Origin: Alphaproteobacteria bacterium
GTDB lineage: Bacteria > Pseudomonadota > Alphaproteobacteria > UBA6615
Direction of reading: 5' to 3'
Assembly (NCBI GenBank): GCA_965261975.1
Contig: CBDHEC010000057.1
Location: 64,001 to 128,000 of the forward strand
DNA length: 64,000 bases
The notes below the pieces were generated by a model, which saw nothing but the letters and a program-made list of their open reading frames with translations, was not told the origin of the DNA and did not search any database. This document shows, piece by piece, positions 1 to 10,609 of this stretch. Position 1 is the stretch's first letter. Every line of letters begins with the position of its first letter. The position numbers and the translations under genes were made by a program.

Positions 1-110
1 TCCATAATGTTCAACCCGGCCTGGCCGAGCGCCGGCCCGACGGGCGGCGACGGATTGGCCTGTCCGGCCGGGATTTCTAGTTTGACGTAACCGTCAATTT
101 TCTTCGCCAT
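1..110 (-). CDS. rplK: 50S ribosomal protein L11 (5' part, runs off window)
   Basis: Manual translation from ATG at 110: [36 protein letters not shown]; directly downstream of nusG. Confidence 0.97.
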   Translation of the reverse strand, partial: MAKKIDGYVKLEIPAGQANPSPPVGPALGQAGLNIM

Positions 111-139
111 GATTTAGACCTCATGTCCTTTCGAGGTTT

Positions 140-182
140 CGCGGTACGGCGCCCCAAGGGCTTATGGAGCCAACCTCCCGCG
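140..182 (-). promoter_or_regulatory. Putative L1-binding autoregulatory leader of rplK-rplA
   Basis: Minus strand CGCGGGAG-GTTGGCTCC...GGGGCGCC-GTACCGCG can form a stem with an internal purine-rich loop just upstream of the rplK RBS, the expected position of the L1 operator. Confidence 0.45.
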
Positions 183-214
183 CACCGCCTTGCGACGGCC
201 AACAAACGTTCAGG

Positions 215-745
215 CTATAGTTTTTCGACCTGACCGTATTCCAACTCAACCGGCGTAGACCGGCCAAAAATCGAGACCGAGACCTTCAACCGCGCGCGTT
301 CTTCGTCGACATCCTCGACCACGCCGTTGAACGACTGGAACGGGCCGTCATTGACCCGTACTTCCTCGCCGATATCGAAGGTGACAGACGGCTTCGGCCG
401 CTCGACCCCTTCCTTGACCTGATGCAGGATCCGGTCGGCTTCGGCCTGACTGATCGGCGCCGGCTTGTTGCCCGCACCCAGAAATCCCGTCACCTTCGGA
501 GTGTTCTTGACCAGATGATAGCTCTGCTCGTTCATATCCATGCGAACAAGCACATATCCGGGAAAGAACTTGCGCTCCGAATTGACTTTCGAGCCGCGGC
601 GCATCTCGACCACTTCTTCGGTCGGGACCAGCACGTCTTCGAACATATCGTCCATGCCCTTGGTCACGGCCTGTTCCTTGATCGACTGCGCGACCTTGGA
701 CTCGAAGCCGGAATAGGCGTGAACGACGAACCACTGCATGCCCAT
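215..745 (-). CDS. nusG: Transcription antitermination factor NusG
   Basis: MGMQWFVVHAYSGFE...FFPGYVLV...KOW motif GPFQSFNGVVE...SIFGRSTPVEL; start trimmed to ATG at 745. Confidence 0.98.
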   Translation of the reverse strand: MGMQWFVVHAYSGFESKVAQSIKEQAVTKGMDDMFEDVLVPTEEVVEMRRGSKVNSERKFFPGYVLVRMDMNEQSYHLVKNTPKVTGFLGAGNKPAPISQAEADRILHQVKEGVERPKPSVTFDIGEEVRVNDGPFQSFNGVVEDVDEERARLKVSVSIFGRSTPVELEYGQVEKL

Positions 746-752
746 CAAACCA

Positions 753-950
753 CTAACTCCCGACCGACAGGGCCAATTGAACGAGTTCCGCCAACACAAT
801 GTCGACGAGGAAGAAGAACACAGCCGCAAAAGCCACCATGACAACGACCATCAGGGTCGACTGAATTGTTTCCGTGCGCGTCGGCCATGTGACCTTGCTC
901 ACCTCTTGTCGAACCTGGCGTACAAACTCGCCAACCGATGGTTTTGCCAT
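753..950 (-). CDS. secE: Preprotein translocase subunit SecE
   Basis: MAKPSVGEFVRQVRQEVSKVTWPTR plus single TM; secE-nusG synteny. Confidence 0.96.
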   Translation of the reverse strand: MAKPSVGEFVRQVRQEVSKVTWPTRTETIQSTLMVVVMVAFAAVFFFLVDIVLAELVQLALSVGS

Positions 951-1017
951 TCGTTCCGCTTTCATCGCGTTACTGTTTCGCACCCGACACAAACACAGCC
1001 CGGACATTCCGGCTATT

Positions 1018-1093
1018 TGGCAGGAGTGGTAGGACTCGAACCTACAGCCCCCGGTTTTGGAGACCGGTGCTCTACCAATTGAGCTACACTCCT
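1018..1093 (-). tRNA. tRNA-Trp(CCA)
   Basis: AGGAGTGTAGCTCAATTGGTAGAGCACCGGTCTCCAAAACCGGGGGCTGTAGGTTCGAGTCCTACCACTCCTGCCA; cloverleaf, CCA end. Confidence 0.98.
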
Positions 1094-1120
1094 ATCCACC
1101 GAACGCACCGTTGCTCCGGT

Positions 1121-2311
<1,191 letters not shown>

Positions 2312-2419
2312 ATCTTTGCCCTGCGTTCTGTCAGTCGTTGTTCCGATCGATAGACCGGTGTCCAGATTATTGCTCCGGTCGGTTGCGCTGTATGGTCACG
2401 CGTTCTCCGACCAAACCCT

Positions 2420-2493
2420 TGGAGCGGGTGAGGGGAATCGAACCCCCGTCGTAAGCTTGGAAGGCTTCTGCTCTACCATTGAGCTACACCCGC
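2420..2493 (-). tRNA. tRNA-Gly(TCC)
   Basis: GCGGGTGTAGCTCAATGGTAGAGCAGAAGCCTTCCAAGCTTACGACGGGGGTTCGATTCCCCTCACCCGCTCCA. Confidence 0.98.
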
Positions 2494-2569
2494 CGAATTC
2501 GTTTGCGCCGTTCCAGTCCATTGCGAGGCATCGGCCTCGATAAATCCTATTCCTGTGCCGTGTTACGGA

Positions 2570-2654
2570 TGGTGGAGGGGGTTGGATTCGAACCAACGTA
2601 GGCGTAGCCAACGGATTTACAGTCCGCCCCTTTTAACCGCTCAGGCACCCCTCC
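2570..2654 (-). tRNA. tRNA-Tyr(GTA)
   Basis: GGAGGGGTGCCTGAGCGGTTAAAAGGGGCGGACTGTAAATCCG...GTTCGAATCCAACCCCCTCCACCA; long variable arm. Confidence 0.98.
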
Positions 2655-2738
2655 TCCTGCCGTATCGTCCGCAAGCATATTGCACGCAGCCAACAGCAAA
2701 CGCGCCGAACGTCGAAGGGACGCCGGCCCGTGGGGCGC

Positions 2739-2766
2739 AATATGTAGATTTCGCTCGACGTGTCAA
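2739..2766 (-). promoter_or_regulatory. Sigma70 stable-RNA-type promoter for tRNA-Tyr-Gly-tuf
   Basis: Minus strand TTGACA-N16-CATATT followed by GC-rich discriminator GCGCCCC. Confidence 0.65.
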
Positions 2767-2866
2767 CCGCCAATCGGCGGAAAACCTCAAAATAACAGCC
2801 ATTTGTGCACAAACGTTGCCACGCCGATATTGCGGGCAGGCGCCGAATGGCCTAAGAGCCCCGACT

Positions 2867-3670
2867 ATGGCACGAAAACACCCCAAACGGCGCATAAATC
2901 CCGGAAAATCACATCGCCGCCGCAGCGGCGGCGATCCGACCGCTCCCAACTGGCTCTACGGCACCCATGCAGTGCTTGCCGCGCTGGCCAACCCCGAGCG
3001 GGTTTGCGAGCGCGCCCTAGTGAGTGACGAGGACGACGTGGAAAGGGCGCAGGCCGCCGCAGAAATCGGCGGACATGACGCCGTGATCGATCGGGTCTCG
3101 CGTGACGATGTCTCCGCCGTGCTGCCCCAGGGTGCCGTGCATCAAGGGATCGCCCTGCTCGCGCGGCCGCTCGAAGATGTGGGCATCGAAGACGCGATGG
3201 ACCGCGCACTTCAAACCGACACGCCGTGCATCCTGGTGCTGGATCAGGTGACCGACCCGCAGAATGTCGGCGCGATATTGCGCACTGCTGCCGCCTTCGG
3301 CGCCGCGGCCGTTGTCATGCAGGACCGGCACGCGCCACCGGTTACGGGCGCACTGGCGAAAGCTGCATCCGGCGGGCTGGAAGCCGTCGCGCTCGTACGA
3401 GAGACAAATCTGGCCCGTTCGATCGAGGCCCTCAAAGCCCGGGACTTCTGGTGTATCGGACTTGCCGGCGAAGTCGAGACAACGCTCGCACAGGCGCGGG
3501 TCACGGGCCCGACGGCCCTGGTCCTCGGGGCGGAAGGCACGGGCCTGCGCCGCCTCGTCGCGGAAAGCTGCGATACGCTGGCCCATATCCCCCAGAGCGC
3601 CGCGGTCGAGAGCCTGAACGTCTCCAATGCCGCCGCCGTCGCGCTTTACGAGCTCACCCGTCGCGGATGA
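2867..3670 (+). CDS. rlmB: 23S rRNA (Gm2251) methyltransferase, TrmH/SpoU family
   Basis: LYGTHAVLAAL, HQG, LDQVTDPQNVGAILR, GAEGTGLR, ESLNVSNAAA motifs. Confidence 0.92.
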   Translation: MARKHPKRRINPGKSHRRRSGGDPTAPNWLYGTHAVLAALANPERVCERALVSDEDDVERAQAAAEIGGHDAVIDRVSRDDVSAVLPQGAVHQGIALLARPLEDVGIEDAMDRALQTDTPCILVLDQVTDPQNVGAILRTAAAFGAAAVVMQDRHAPPVTGALAKAASGGLEAVALVRETNLARSIEALKARDFWCIGLAGEVETTLAQARVTGPTALVLGAEGTGLRRLVAESCDTLAHIPQSAAVESLNVSNAAAVALYELTRRG

Positions 3671-4475
3671 GTCGCCGCCGAAGATCGAAGACGTAGACGA
3701 GCAGGAACAGCCCCACCACCTCTTCGAACAGATCATCATAGGTGTGGGCATAGACCAGGAAGATGATGAAATAGACGGCGGCCGGCGGCGGCATCAGCCG
3801 GTCGAGCCCGATCACGCGGAGCCATTCGATCCAGCGTGCCCGCCCCAGCAGCACCGTGGCAATGATCAGCGCGAGCGCCAGCCGGATCAACTGATTGAAA
3901 CCGACAAACATGTTGTGAAGATTGACTTCCTGCTGGGCATTTATCTCTTCGATTTCCTCAGGCGTTTCGAACCCGATTATCCGCTGGCCCCAACTGATTT
4001 CCTCCATCAACAACAGGAAACAAAGGAGCGCCAGGAAGCCCACGGCGAATCCGAGCCGACGATCGAGGCGCCATGATCGACCGAGGCTCGACAGCAACAA
4101 CGCCGCGCAGATCAGCAGAATGATCGCCGTCGCGGATTCGAACAGGCCATCCTCGGCATAGACGAACGCGGCAAAATCGAACCAGCCATGCTCGAAGCCG
4201 GTGTAGGAAATGCAAAGGCACAACCAGGCAACACCCAGCCAAAGCGGTCGCGCGGGCGGCCAGTCCGAAGCCAGCGGTCGGGCACGGGACAGCCACAACA
4301 GAACAACCAGGGCCCAGATCGTGAAAGCGAAAAGCGAGATCCGGACGTTGGTCACGTTGACCTCCGCGCTGACGGGATCCAGCAATACATACAAGACACG
4401 CGGCGCGAACATGACCGTCACCGCGTACAGCAGGAGGGCGCCAGCACATGTCAGATAAATCGTCTTCAGGTTCAC
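3654..4475 (-). CDS. Uncharacterised multi-pass membrane protein (EDG..E / EEISWGQR / NxQxExNLHN motifs)
   Basis: 273 aa, about 7 hydrophobic segments, GC-biased codon usage; downstream of MMPL gene. Confidence 0.75.
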   Translation of the reverse strand: MNLKTIYLTCAGALLLYAVTVMFAPRVLYVLLDPVSAEVNVTNVRISLFAFTIWALVVLLWLSRARPLASDWPPARPLWLGVAWLCLCISYTGFEHGWFDFAAFVYAEDGLFESATAIILLICAALLLSSLGRSWRLDRRLGFAVGFLALLCFLLLMEEISWGQRIIGFETPEEIEEINAQQEVNLHNMFVGFNQLIRLALALIIATVLLGRARWIEWLRVIGLDRLMPPPAAVYFIIFLVYAHTYDDLFEEVVGLFLLVYVFDLRRRLIRDG

Positions 4476-4511
4476 GTCTGTCCATCCAACTGAGGCTGAT
4501 AGTCCGTCAAT

Positions 4512-7175
4512 CTAGGTCTTTGCCCGCCATGCGAGAAGCGCGGGCAGGACAAGTAATGTCGCAACCAGAAGGAATCCGATCGCGATGGCGAGCAGTAACC
4601 CCATGCTCGCCATACCCTGATGTTCCGCGAATGCCAATGCGACAAAGGAGAACAGTGTCGTGAGAACGCTCACCACAACGGCGCGCGGTGTGGTCGAACG
4701 ATAGACATCCGCGACAGATCCCGACTCCCGGTAGCGGCCGACGATATGAAGTCCGTTATCCACGCCCATGCCGAGCAGCAGCGGCAACACGATCACGTTC
4801 GCGACGTTGAGTGGCATCGAGAAGACCACCATTGTTGCCGCTGTCAGGCTTGCCGCGAGCAACAGCGGAACCATAACCAGCGCCGCATCCGAAAGGGACC
4901 GGAGCGTCACGAGAAGAATCAGGAAGATTGCTATCGCCGAGGTCATGAAGGCTTGGCGAAAAGCACCCACCACCACCTCGCCGACACCGGCTTCCAGAGC
5001 AGGTCGGCCGGTCGCGGCGGGAAACTTCGCATGTACCGCCCGCACGAATGCGCCAAGCGCCTCGAAGTCGCGCAGATCATCACGCGGCAACACCACCACA
5101 CGCAGCACACCCCCCTCTCCCGTCTCGCGCGCGAGCAACTCCGGCGGGAGCGTTTCGACGGAGATCGCCTCCGCGGCCAGGGCCTTGCGGAGCAACTACA
5201 TGGTCTCGGTGAAATCCGTCGCGATGAGACGTTCCAGGCGCGCGAGCCCGCGATCGGACGTCGGCTGCGCGGCCAACTGACCGATCGCCGACGCCATCTG
5301 CGCAACCGCAGGGCTCCCCTGCATCATGGCCAGGCGTTCGGCCGCAGCCATTCTCGCCGAAGCATCCGGTGGCGCTGCCGTTCCGGGCGCGAGGACTGAA
5401 GGCCCGAGCAAAATTCGCGCTTCATCGATGATCGCGAGGCGGAGCTCCTGGTCCGGCGGAATCAGATCACGCAAGGTTTGCACCGACCCGACCTCCGGCA
5501 TCGCGCGCAACTCGGCAGCGGCACGGTCGGCCGCGGCGAGGTCGGAGACTGAAATGTTCAACGTGTACGGGGTGATCGTTCCGTCAGCGTGCAGCGAGAC
5601 CAGCGTACGCACCGCCTCGCTGTCCCTGCTTTGCAGGTTGAGGCTGTTGAAATCGAAGCGCAGCTGCGTCGCGACGATGGCGGAAACAACCAGGAGAAAA
5701 AGTGCGACGATCGAGATCGAACGCGCGCGCTTCGCCGAAAGTGCCTGCTCGCCGAACGTCACGCCCGAAAGCGCACGGCCGAGGATGCCCTGGCGCCTGT
5801 CGCGTGGCGAGATCGAGAGCAGTTCGAGCAGCGGCGGCAACACCGTGAAGCTCACCAGGACGGCGATAAGCATGCCCGCGGCCGCGATCAGGCCAAGCTC
5901 TGCCAGTCCGCGAAACGCCGTGGGCCAGAAGGATATGAACGCCACCGCCGTCGTCAGCCCGCACAGGGATATCGTCGGCCCCACACCACGCACGACCCCA
6001 TTCCAGGCGCCCGAGGCACCGGCCCCGGTGATGCTGCGTTCGAACTCACCCGCGCGGCGCAGGATCAGATGAATGGCGAAATCGATCCCGAGGCCGACAA
6101 ACAAGACCGCGAATGTGAGTGAGAGCACGTTCAACGATCCCACCGCCGCGGCGGCGAAGGCCGCCGTCAAGGCAAGGCCCACCGCCAGCGTCAGCAATGC
6201 TGCCAGGATCGCGCGCAACGAACCGAGGCCGAGCCACAACAGGAGGACGACGAAGGCCAGAGACAATGTGCCGGCAAACTGAATGCTGCCGATCGCGGCC
6301 GACAATTCCGACGAGGAAAGCGGACCGCGCCCGGTCATCGAAACGCGAACGCCGTTCGGGCTTTCCAGATTCTCGCGCACGACGATAGCGCGAACCGCCT
6401 CGGCCTGCCGACGCGCAACCGAGCCGTCATCACCTTCAAGCGAACCCTGGAAGATAACCAGCCGGCGAAGCGGTGCCGCATCATCCCCCAGAAGCACCTC
6501 GCCCCATGAGATCTCCTCGCCCTCGCCAGATCCAACATCCGTCGCCGTCCGGGCAACGAGGTCCGCCAGCCGATCGAGGCCATCTCCGGTGTCCATGCGA
6601 TCAAACAGGTCCGCGAGCCCGCGTAATGAGGGGTCCCGTGACATCAACGCCAGCGCGGGCTGGGCAACCGCGAGATCATCGACAAGATCACCGAGCGTAT
6701 CGCTGCCGAGAAACAACAGCGCGTGGCGGTTGAGAAACGCATCTGCGCCTGGTGCGAAGACGCGCGGAAACAAATCCGGATCGGCCAGCAGGCCGCGCAA
6801 TATTGCCGCCTCGGCGAGCCGCGCACGACGGGCATCCACTCCGTCGATCACGATGACATTGAGTCGCCGGTGTTGCGGAAAGGTCGCCTTATAGGTGCCG
6901 TAATCGTGAAGGAAACTCGCCTTGCCGTCGACGAGCCGGGTTACATCTCCCTCGAGACGCAGCGTTGAAATCGCCCATCCACCGGCAAGCGACGCCAGCA
7001 CGGCGGCGAGAGCCAGGGTCGCGGCCGGTCGCCGGGTGACGACGGCAACCCAGGCGACCAGGAAGTCAGCAACGAAGGTTGATCGGTATTTGCGCAAGAA
7101 CACCACCTGGCCGGGTCCGAAAACACCCAAAGGTTTAAACCTTCGAGGCCTCGATTTCGAAATTAAATTCAACAC
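4512..7175 (-). pseudogene. HpnN-like MMPL/RND lipid (hopanoid) transporter interrupted by in-frame TAG at 5196-5198
   Basis: ORFs 5196-7175 and 4512-5195 are in the same frame (...ETM*LLRKALAAE...); two MMPL repeats (LFVGLGIDFAIH; LLLGMGVDNGLH); start codon uncertain. Confidence 0.85.
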
Positions 7176-7235
7176 CTTGCTGCAGCATCGATCAAAGCCT
7201 AGGTTCCAGCCCTCATTTCACGAGCAGATGTTTCG

Positions 7236-7901
7236 ATGACACGTTTCCCATTCTTCCACGCCACCGTCCTGCCGGCGCGCATGTTGACCTTGATCGGCGC
7301 AACCCTGCTCGCCTTGTCCCTGGTCTACACAAGCCAACCCGCATCCGGACAGAGCGCTGAAACCGACGCGGTGGAAACACTTCAGGACGGATTGCTCGCA
7401 ATAATGGCCAACCCGCCGGCAGGCGGCAGTACGGGACGCAGCGCTGCGCTCAGCAAGCTGGTCGCCGACACATTCGATATCGACGCCATGGGTGAAGTCG
7501 CCGTCGGCGTGCGCACCTTCAGAAGCTGGAACAAGTTTCAGCGCGATTCTTTCATCGATGCCTTTGCCCGCTTCATGGTCGCGACCCATGCAAGCCGCTT
7601 TGTCGGTACGACCGGGCAAAGCTTCGAAATCGAAGGCAGCGAAGAAGCCCCGTCGGGACGGATGATCGTCCACTCACGCTATATACAAAGCAAAAACCCG
7701 GCGGTCCCGATCGACTATCTCGTCCAGCCCACCGACGACGGCTGGCGCATCCTCGATGTCTATCTGGACGAAACCATAAGCCTGCTGGCGCTGCACCGTT
7801 CGGAGTTCTCTTCGGTTTTGCGCGACCGCGGATTCGACGGCTTCATCGCGGCCATGCATGCGAAGGTCGACGAATTGGCGGCACGGCCGGACGGCAGCTG
7901 A
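7236..7901 (+). CDS. HpnM / MlaC (Ttg2D) family periplasmic lipid-binding protein
   Basis: Signal peptide; FDIDAMG..W..QRDSFIDAF..IDY..WRILDVYLD..SLLALHRSEFSSVL; divergent from HpnN-like gene. Confidence 0.85.
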   Translation: MTRFPFFHATVLPARMLTLIGATLLALSLVYTSQPASGQSAETDAVETLQDGLLAIMANPPAGGSTGRSAALSKLVADTFDIDAMGEVAVGVRTFRSWNKFQRDSFIDAFARFMVATHASRFVGTTGQSFEIEGSEEAPSGRMIVHSRYIQSKNPAVPIDYLVQPTDDGWRILDVYLDETISLLALHRSEFSSVLRDRGFDGFIAAMHAKVDELAARPDGS

Positions 7902-7913
7902 TCGGCGCCCCGG

Positions 7914-8942
7914 TCAGTCGAGCAACCCACGCAACAAGTCAGCATTTTCCGGCGCCGCCTCGAGGTCGCCGCGCTCGACCCGGCCGGCGATGTCAACCAG
8001 CGCTAGGTTGATCGGAACCGCGCCGCCGAGCCGCTCGCCTTCGCGCACGACCAGCCCGTTGATGTCGTCGACCTCCGCCCGTCGTCCCTTGTCCCAGTCC
8101 TGAAGTACCGTGACGCGGGTGTCCGGCAGCGTCCAGTCCGACAAGACCGCATCGAGCAGCACCGTCGCGTACCCATCCGGGTCATTCGCCTCGACCTGCT
8201 CTTTCCCAAAGATCGGCACAAGATCATGGCCGAGCGCCATCGCCGTGCGCACCGCCTCGCGTCCCGAGGCCATCATCACCTCGCGCATGCCCGGCACCTT
8301 GATCGCCTCTGCAAGCGGCAGACCGAGGATCGAGGACGGCAGAAATTCGGCCGCGTTGACCACCAGCTTCATCCATTTTGCCGAACGAATATCGTCCTTG
8401 ATTTCGGCTGCACCGGCATGGCGCAGGACGTCGACGACTTCCTGTTCGCGCCCGCGCGTTGCATCGTCAAAGGCCCCGACCCCAAACCAGGTGCCGTCGG
8501 GCCCGGTCTGGCGAGTCACGACTCCTGGCTCATACAAGCCCGCCGCGACCTCGATCACCGCACCCATGGTGCGTTCGATCCCGACGATCGACGCGACGAC
8601 ATCGACGGTCATGCCGTTTTGCAACCCGACGACCAACCCGTCCGGCGCGACCAGAGGCTTGATCAGCTCACACGCCCAGCGGGTGTCGTAGGCTTTCACG
8701 CCCAGGAATACGATATCGAAGGGCTCGCGCATGGTCGCGACGTCGCAGACGTGGAAGGCACTGACCGGGGTGACCACCGTCTCGTCGGGCATCTCCACTC
8801 GCAGACCCTCGGCGCGCATGGCCTCCACATGGGCGGGCCACTGATCGACAAGGGTGACATCGAGGCCGGCGTTGACCATGTCGGCCCCGAACGCGGCGCC
8901 GTTCGCCCCCGCCCCCACTATCGCGATCCGCTTGTCGGTCAT
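7914..8942 (-). CDS. Ketopantoate reductase (PanE/ApbA) family oxidoreductase, paralog 1
   Basis: IAIVGAGANG, VKAYD, LQNG, KWMKLVVN, TVLQD..GRRAEVDDING. Confidence 0.85.
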   Translation of the reverse strand: MTDKRIAIVGAGANGAAFGADMVNAGLDVTLVDQWPAHVEAMRAEGLRVEMPDETVVTPVSAFHVCDVATMREPFDIVFLGVKAYDTRWACELIKPLVAPDGLVVGLQNGMTVDVVASIVGIERTMGAVIEVAAGLYEPGVVTRQTGPDGTWFGVGAFDDATRGREQEVVDVLRHAGAAEIKDDIRSAKWMKLVVNAAEFLPSSILGLPLAEAIKVPGMREVMMASGREAVRTAMALGHDLVPIFGKEQVEANDPDGYATVLLDAVLSDWTLPDTRVTVLQDWDKGRRAEVDDINGLVVREGERLGGAVPINLALVDIAGRVERGDLEAAPENADLLRGLLD

Positions 8943-9106
8943 TCGCCCCGCCTCTGTCACCCTCGTTGATCCGCCCGACGAATGTCGCCAGAACCGCCCG
9001 CGATGGCAAGCAGCCCGGCCAAATATCCACGCAGGGGCGTTTCATCAACGAACAGACTTGCGGGGCGCGTGGTGGCGCGCCTATTGTCCCGCCGTTCATG
9101 ACAGGG

Positions 9107-9182
9107 GCCGGCTTAGCTCAGTTGGTAGAGCGGCTGATTTGTAATCAGTAGGTCGCGGGTTCGATTCCTGCAGCCGGCACCA
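9107..9182 (+). tRNA. tRNA-Thr(TGT)
   Basis: GCCGGCTTAGCTCAGTTGGTAGAGCGGCTGATTTGTAATCAGTAGGTCGCGGGTTCGATTCCTGCAGCCGGCACCA. Confidence 0.98.
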
Positions 9183-9318
9183 TTCTTTCGATGAACTAGC
9201 TCACCTGCATCCGAACGCGCGTCTATTCCTGGACGCGCATCCGAAGGATGAGGCAGAGCTTTGTTGTTCTCCCATCACATCGCCTCAAACCAGTGGAAGG
9301 CCGGACCGTCAATATCCA

Positions 9319-9501
9319 CGGCGCGGGGCCGTTTCCGTTCTCGGTTCCGAAGACACACCGGAACAGTTGATCGAGGATCTTGAGAGTCACGGTACCGATC
9401 GCGCCGAAATCAACCTCCTCGCCGGCGAGGAAAGGGTCGTTGAAAACGCATTGGTGACTGATGTCGATCAACTCGAAATCGCGGTTTCTCTGTATGTTTG
9501 A
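9319..9501 (+). pseudogene. Start-less remnant resembling the N-terminus of the 31084-31644 protein family
   Basis: Frame not in ORF track: RRGAVSVLGSEDTPEQLIEDLESHGTDRAEINLLAGEERVVE..DVDQLE; no ATG/GTG/TTG upstream in frame back to the tRNA. Confidence 0.5.
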
Positions 9502-9629
9502 CTGGAACATTGCGCGCACGCGCGATCACAATGCCGGACCAGCCTATCGGGACAGCAACAATGGCCGGATTTAGCACTTACCCGGCAATGGCTGCGCGAA
9601 ATGTCCAGAAGCATTCAGGAGGACTACAG

Positions 9630-10463
9630 ATGATCGGTGTCCGGAGTCTCGGTTTGGCTGTCGTCACAACGGCACTGCTGGTCGGCAGCTTCGTCGGCGC
9701 GCCCGTCATGGATCCGTCCGCGCAGGCCCAGAGCCGCCAGCCAGCGCCCGCACCCGGTGCGCGCTCCCCCCTCAGTCCACCCGAGACCAACAGGGAACAG
9801 GCCGAAGCCTTCAAACGCGGATACGAAGCCTACTACCGCCGCGAATACGAACTGGCGGCGGCGATCTGGACCCGGCTAGCTGATCAGGGCCACATCAAAT
9901 CGATGAACAACATCGGCACCATGTATGCCCAGGGCAAAGGCGTGAGCCGAAACTATTCTCTCGCCGTGTTCTACTACCGGCGCGCGGCCACCCAGAACGA
10001 TGCGCGCGCGGCCTATAATCTCGCCATTGCCTACGAACGGGGGCGCGGCGTAGAGCAGAGCGACGCCGAAGCCGTTGAATGGTACCGCATGACAGCTGAC
10101 CGCGGTCTGGTCGAGGCGATGAATGCGATGTCGTGGATTTTGGCCACGTCATCCGACTTCACCGTCCGCGATGGCGCCCAAGCCGCCCGATGGGCCGAGG
10201 CCGCGCTGCGACGCAAGACATCGTCGAAAAACCTGGCCACCCTGGCTGCCGCACAAGCGGAACTCGGCGAATACAACAAGGCGGTGGCGACAATCGATCA
10301 GGCGATTGCCCATATGCGGCGCGAGGAGAGCCGCGCCGGTCTGCTCACGGCCACGGAACACGAACTGTTCGGCCTGCTCCGCGAATCCGGACGCACAGAT
10401 GAACTGTTTGACCTGCTCGAACGCCGGGAGTTCTATGCCAACGGCCAGCCGACAAGGGACTAA
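9630..10463 (+). CDS. Secreted Sel1-like/TPR repeat protein
   Basis: RBS AGGAGG, signal peptide, Sel1 repeats (SMNNIGTMYAQGKGV; AAYNLAIAYERGRGVEQSDAEAVEWY). Confidence 0.85.
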   Translation: MIGVRSLGLAVVTTALLVGSFVGAPVMDPSAQAQSRQPAPAPGARSPLSPPETNREQAEAFKRGYEAYYRREYELAAAIWTRLADQGHIKSMNNIGTMYAQGKGVSRNYSLAVFYYRRAATQNDARAAYNLAIAYERGRGVEQSDAEAVEWYRMTADRGLVEAMNAMSWILATSSDFTVRDGAQAARWAEAALRRKTSSKNLATLAAAQAELGEYNKAVATIDQAIAHMRREESRAGLLTATEHELFGLLRESGRTDELFDLLERREFYANGQPTRD

Positions 10464-10495
10464 CGAATGGCGGCCAAGAGCCGCCTGACGTTACT

Positions 10496-10540
10496 TTTGG
10501 AATCAGCGGGTCAGAGGTTCGAGTCCTCCAACCGGCACCA
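10496..10540 (+). repeat. Degenerate direct copy of tRNA-Thr 3' half (att-like scar)
   Basis: TTTGGAATCAGCGGGTCAGAGGTTCGAGTCCTCCAACCGGCACCA matches 9138-9182 at 36/45 positions; no intact 5' acceptor strand. Confidence 0.7.
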
Positions 10541-10609
10541 ATTTCGACATCGGTACCACGCGTGGCGTATGCTCCCGGCGACGTACATGATCGGAAAACC
10601 GGGGCCAGC

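Noticed and set aside
9223-9519. 98-aa minus-strand ORF
   Set aside because: No recognisable motif; it is the antisense shadow of the + strand remnant at 9319-9501.
10465-10540. Functional extra tRNA
   Set aside because: No 5' strand complementary to the acceptor stem, truncated D-arm and a 14-nt anticodon loop; kept only as an att-like fragment.
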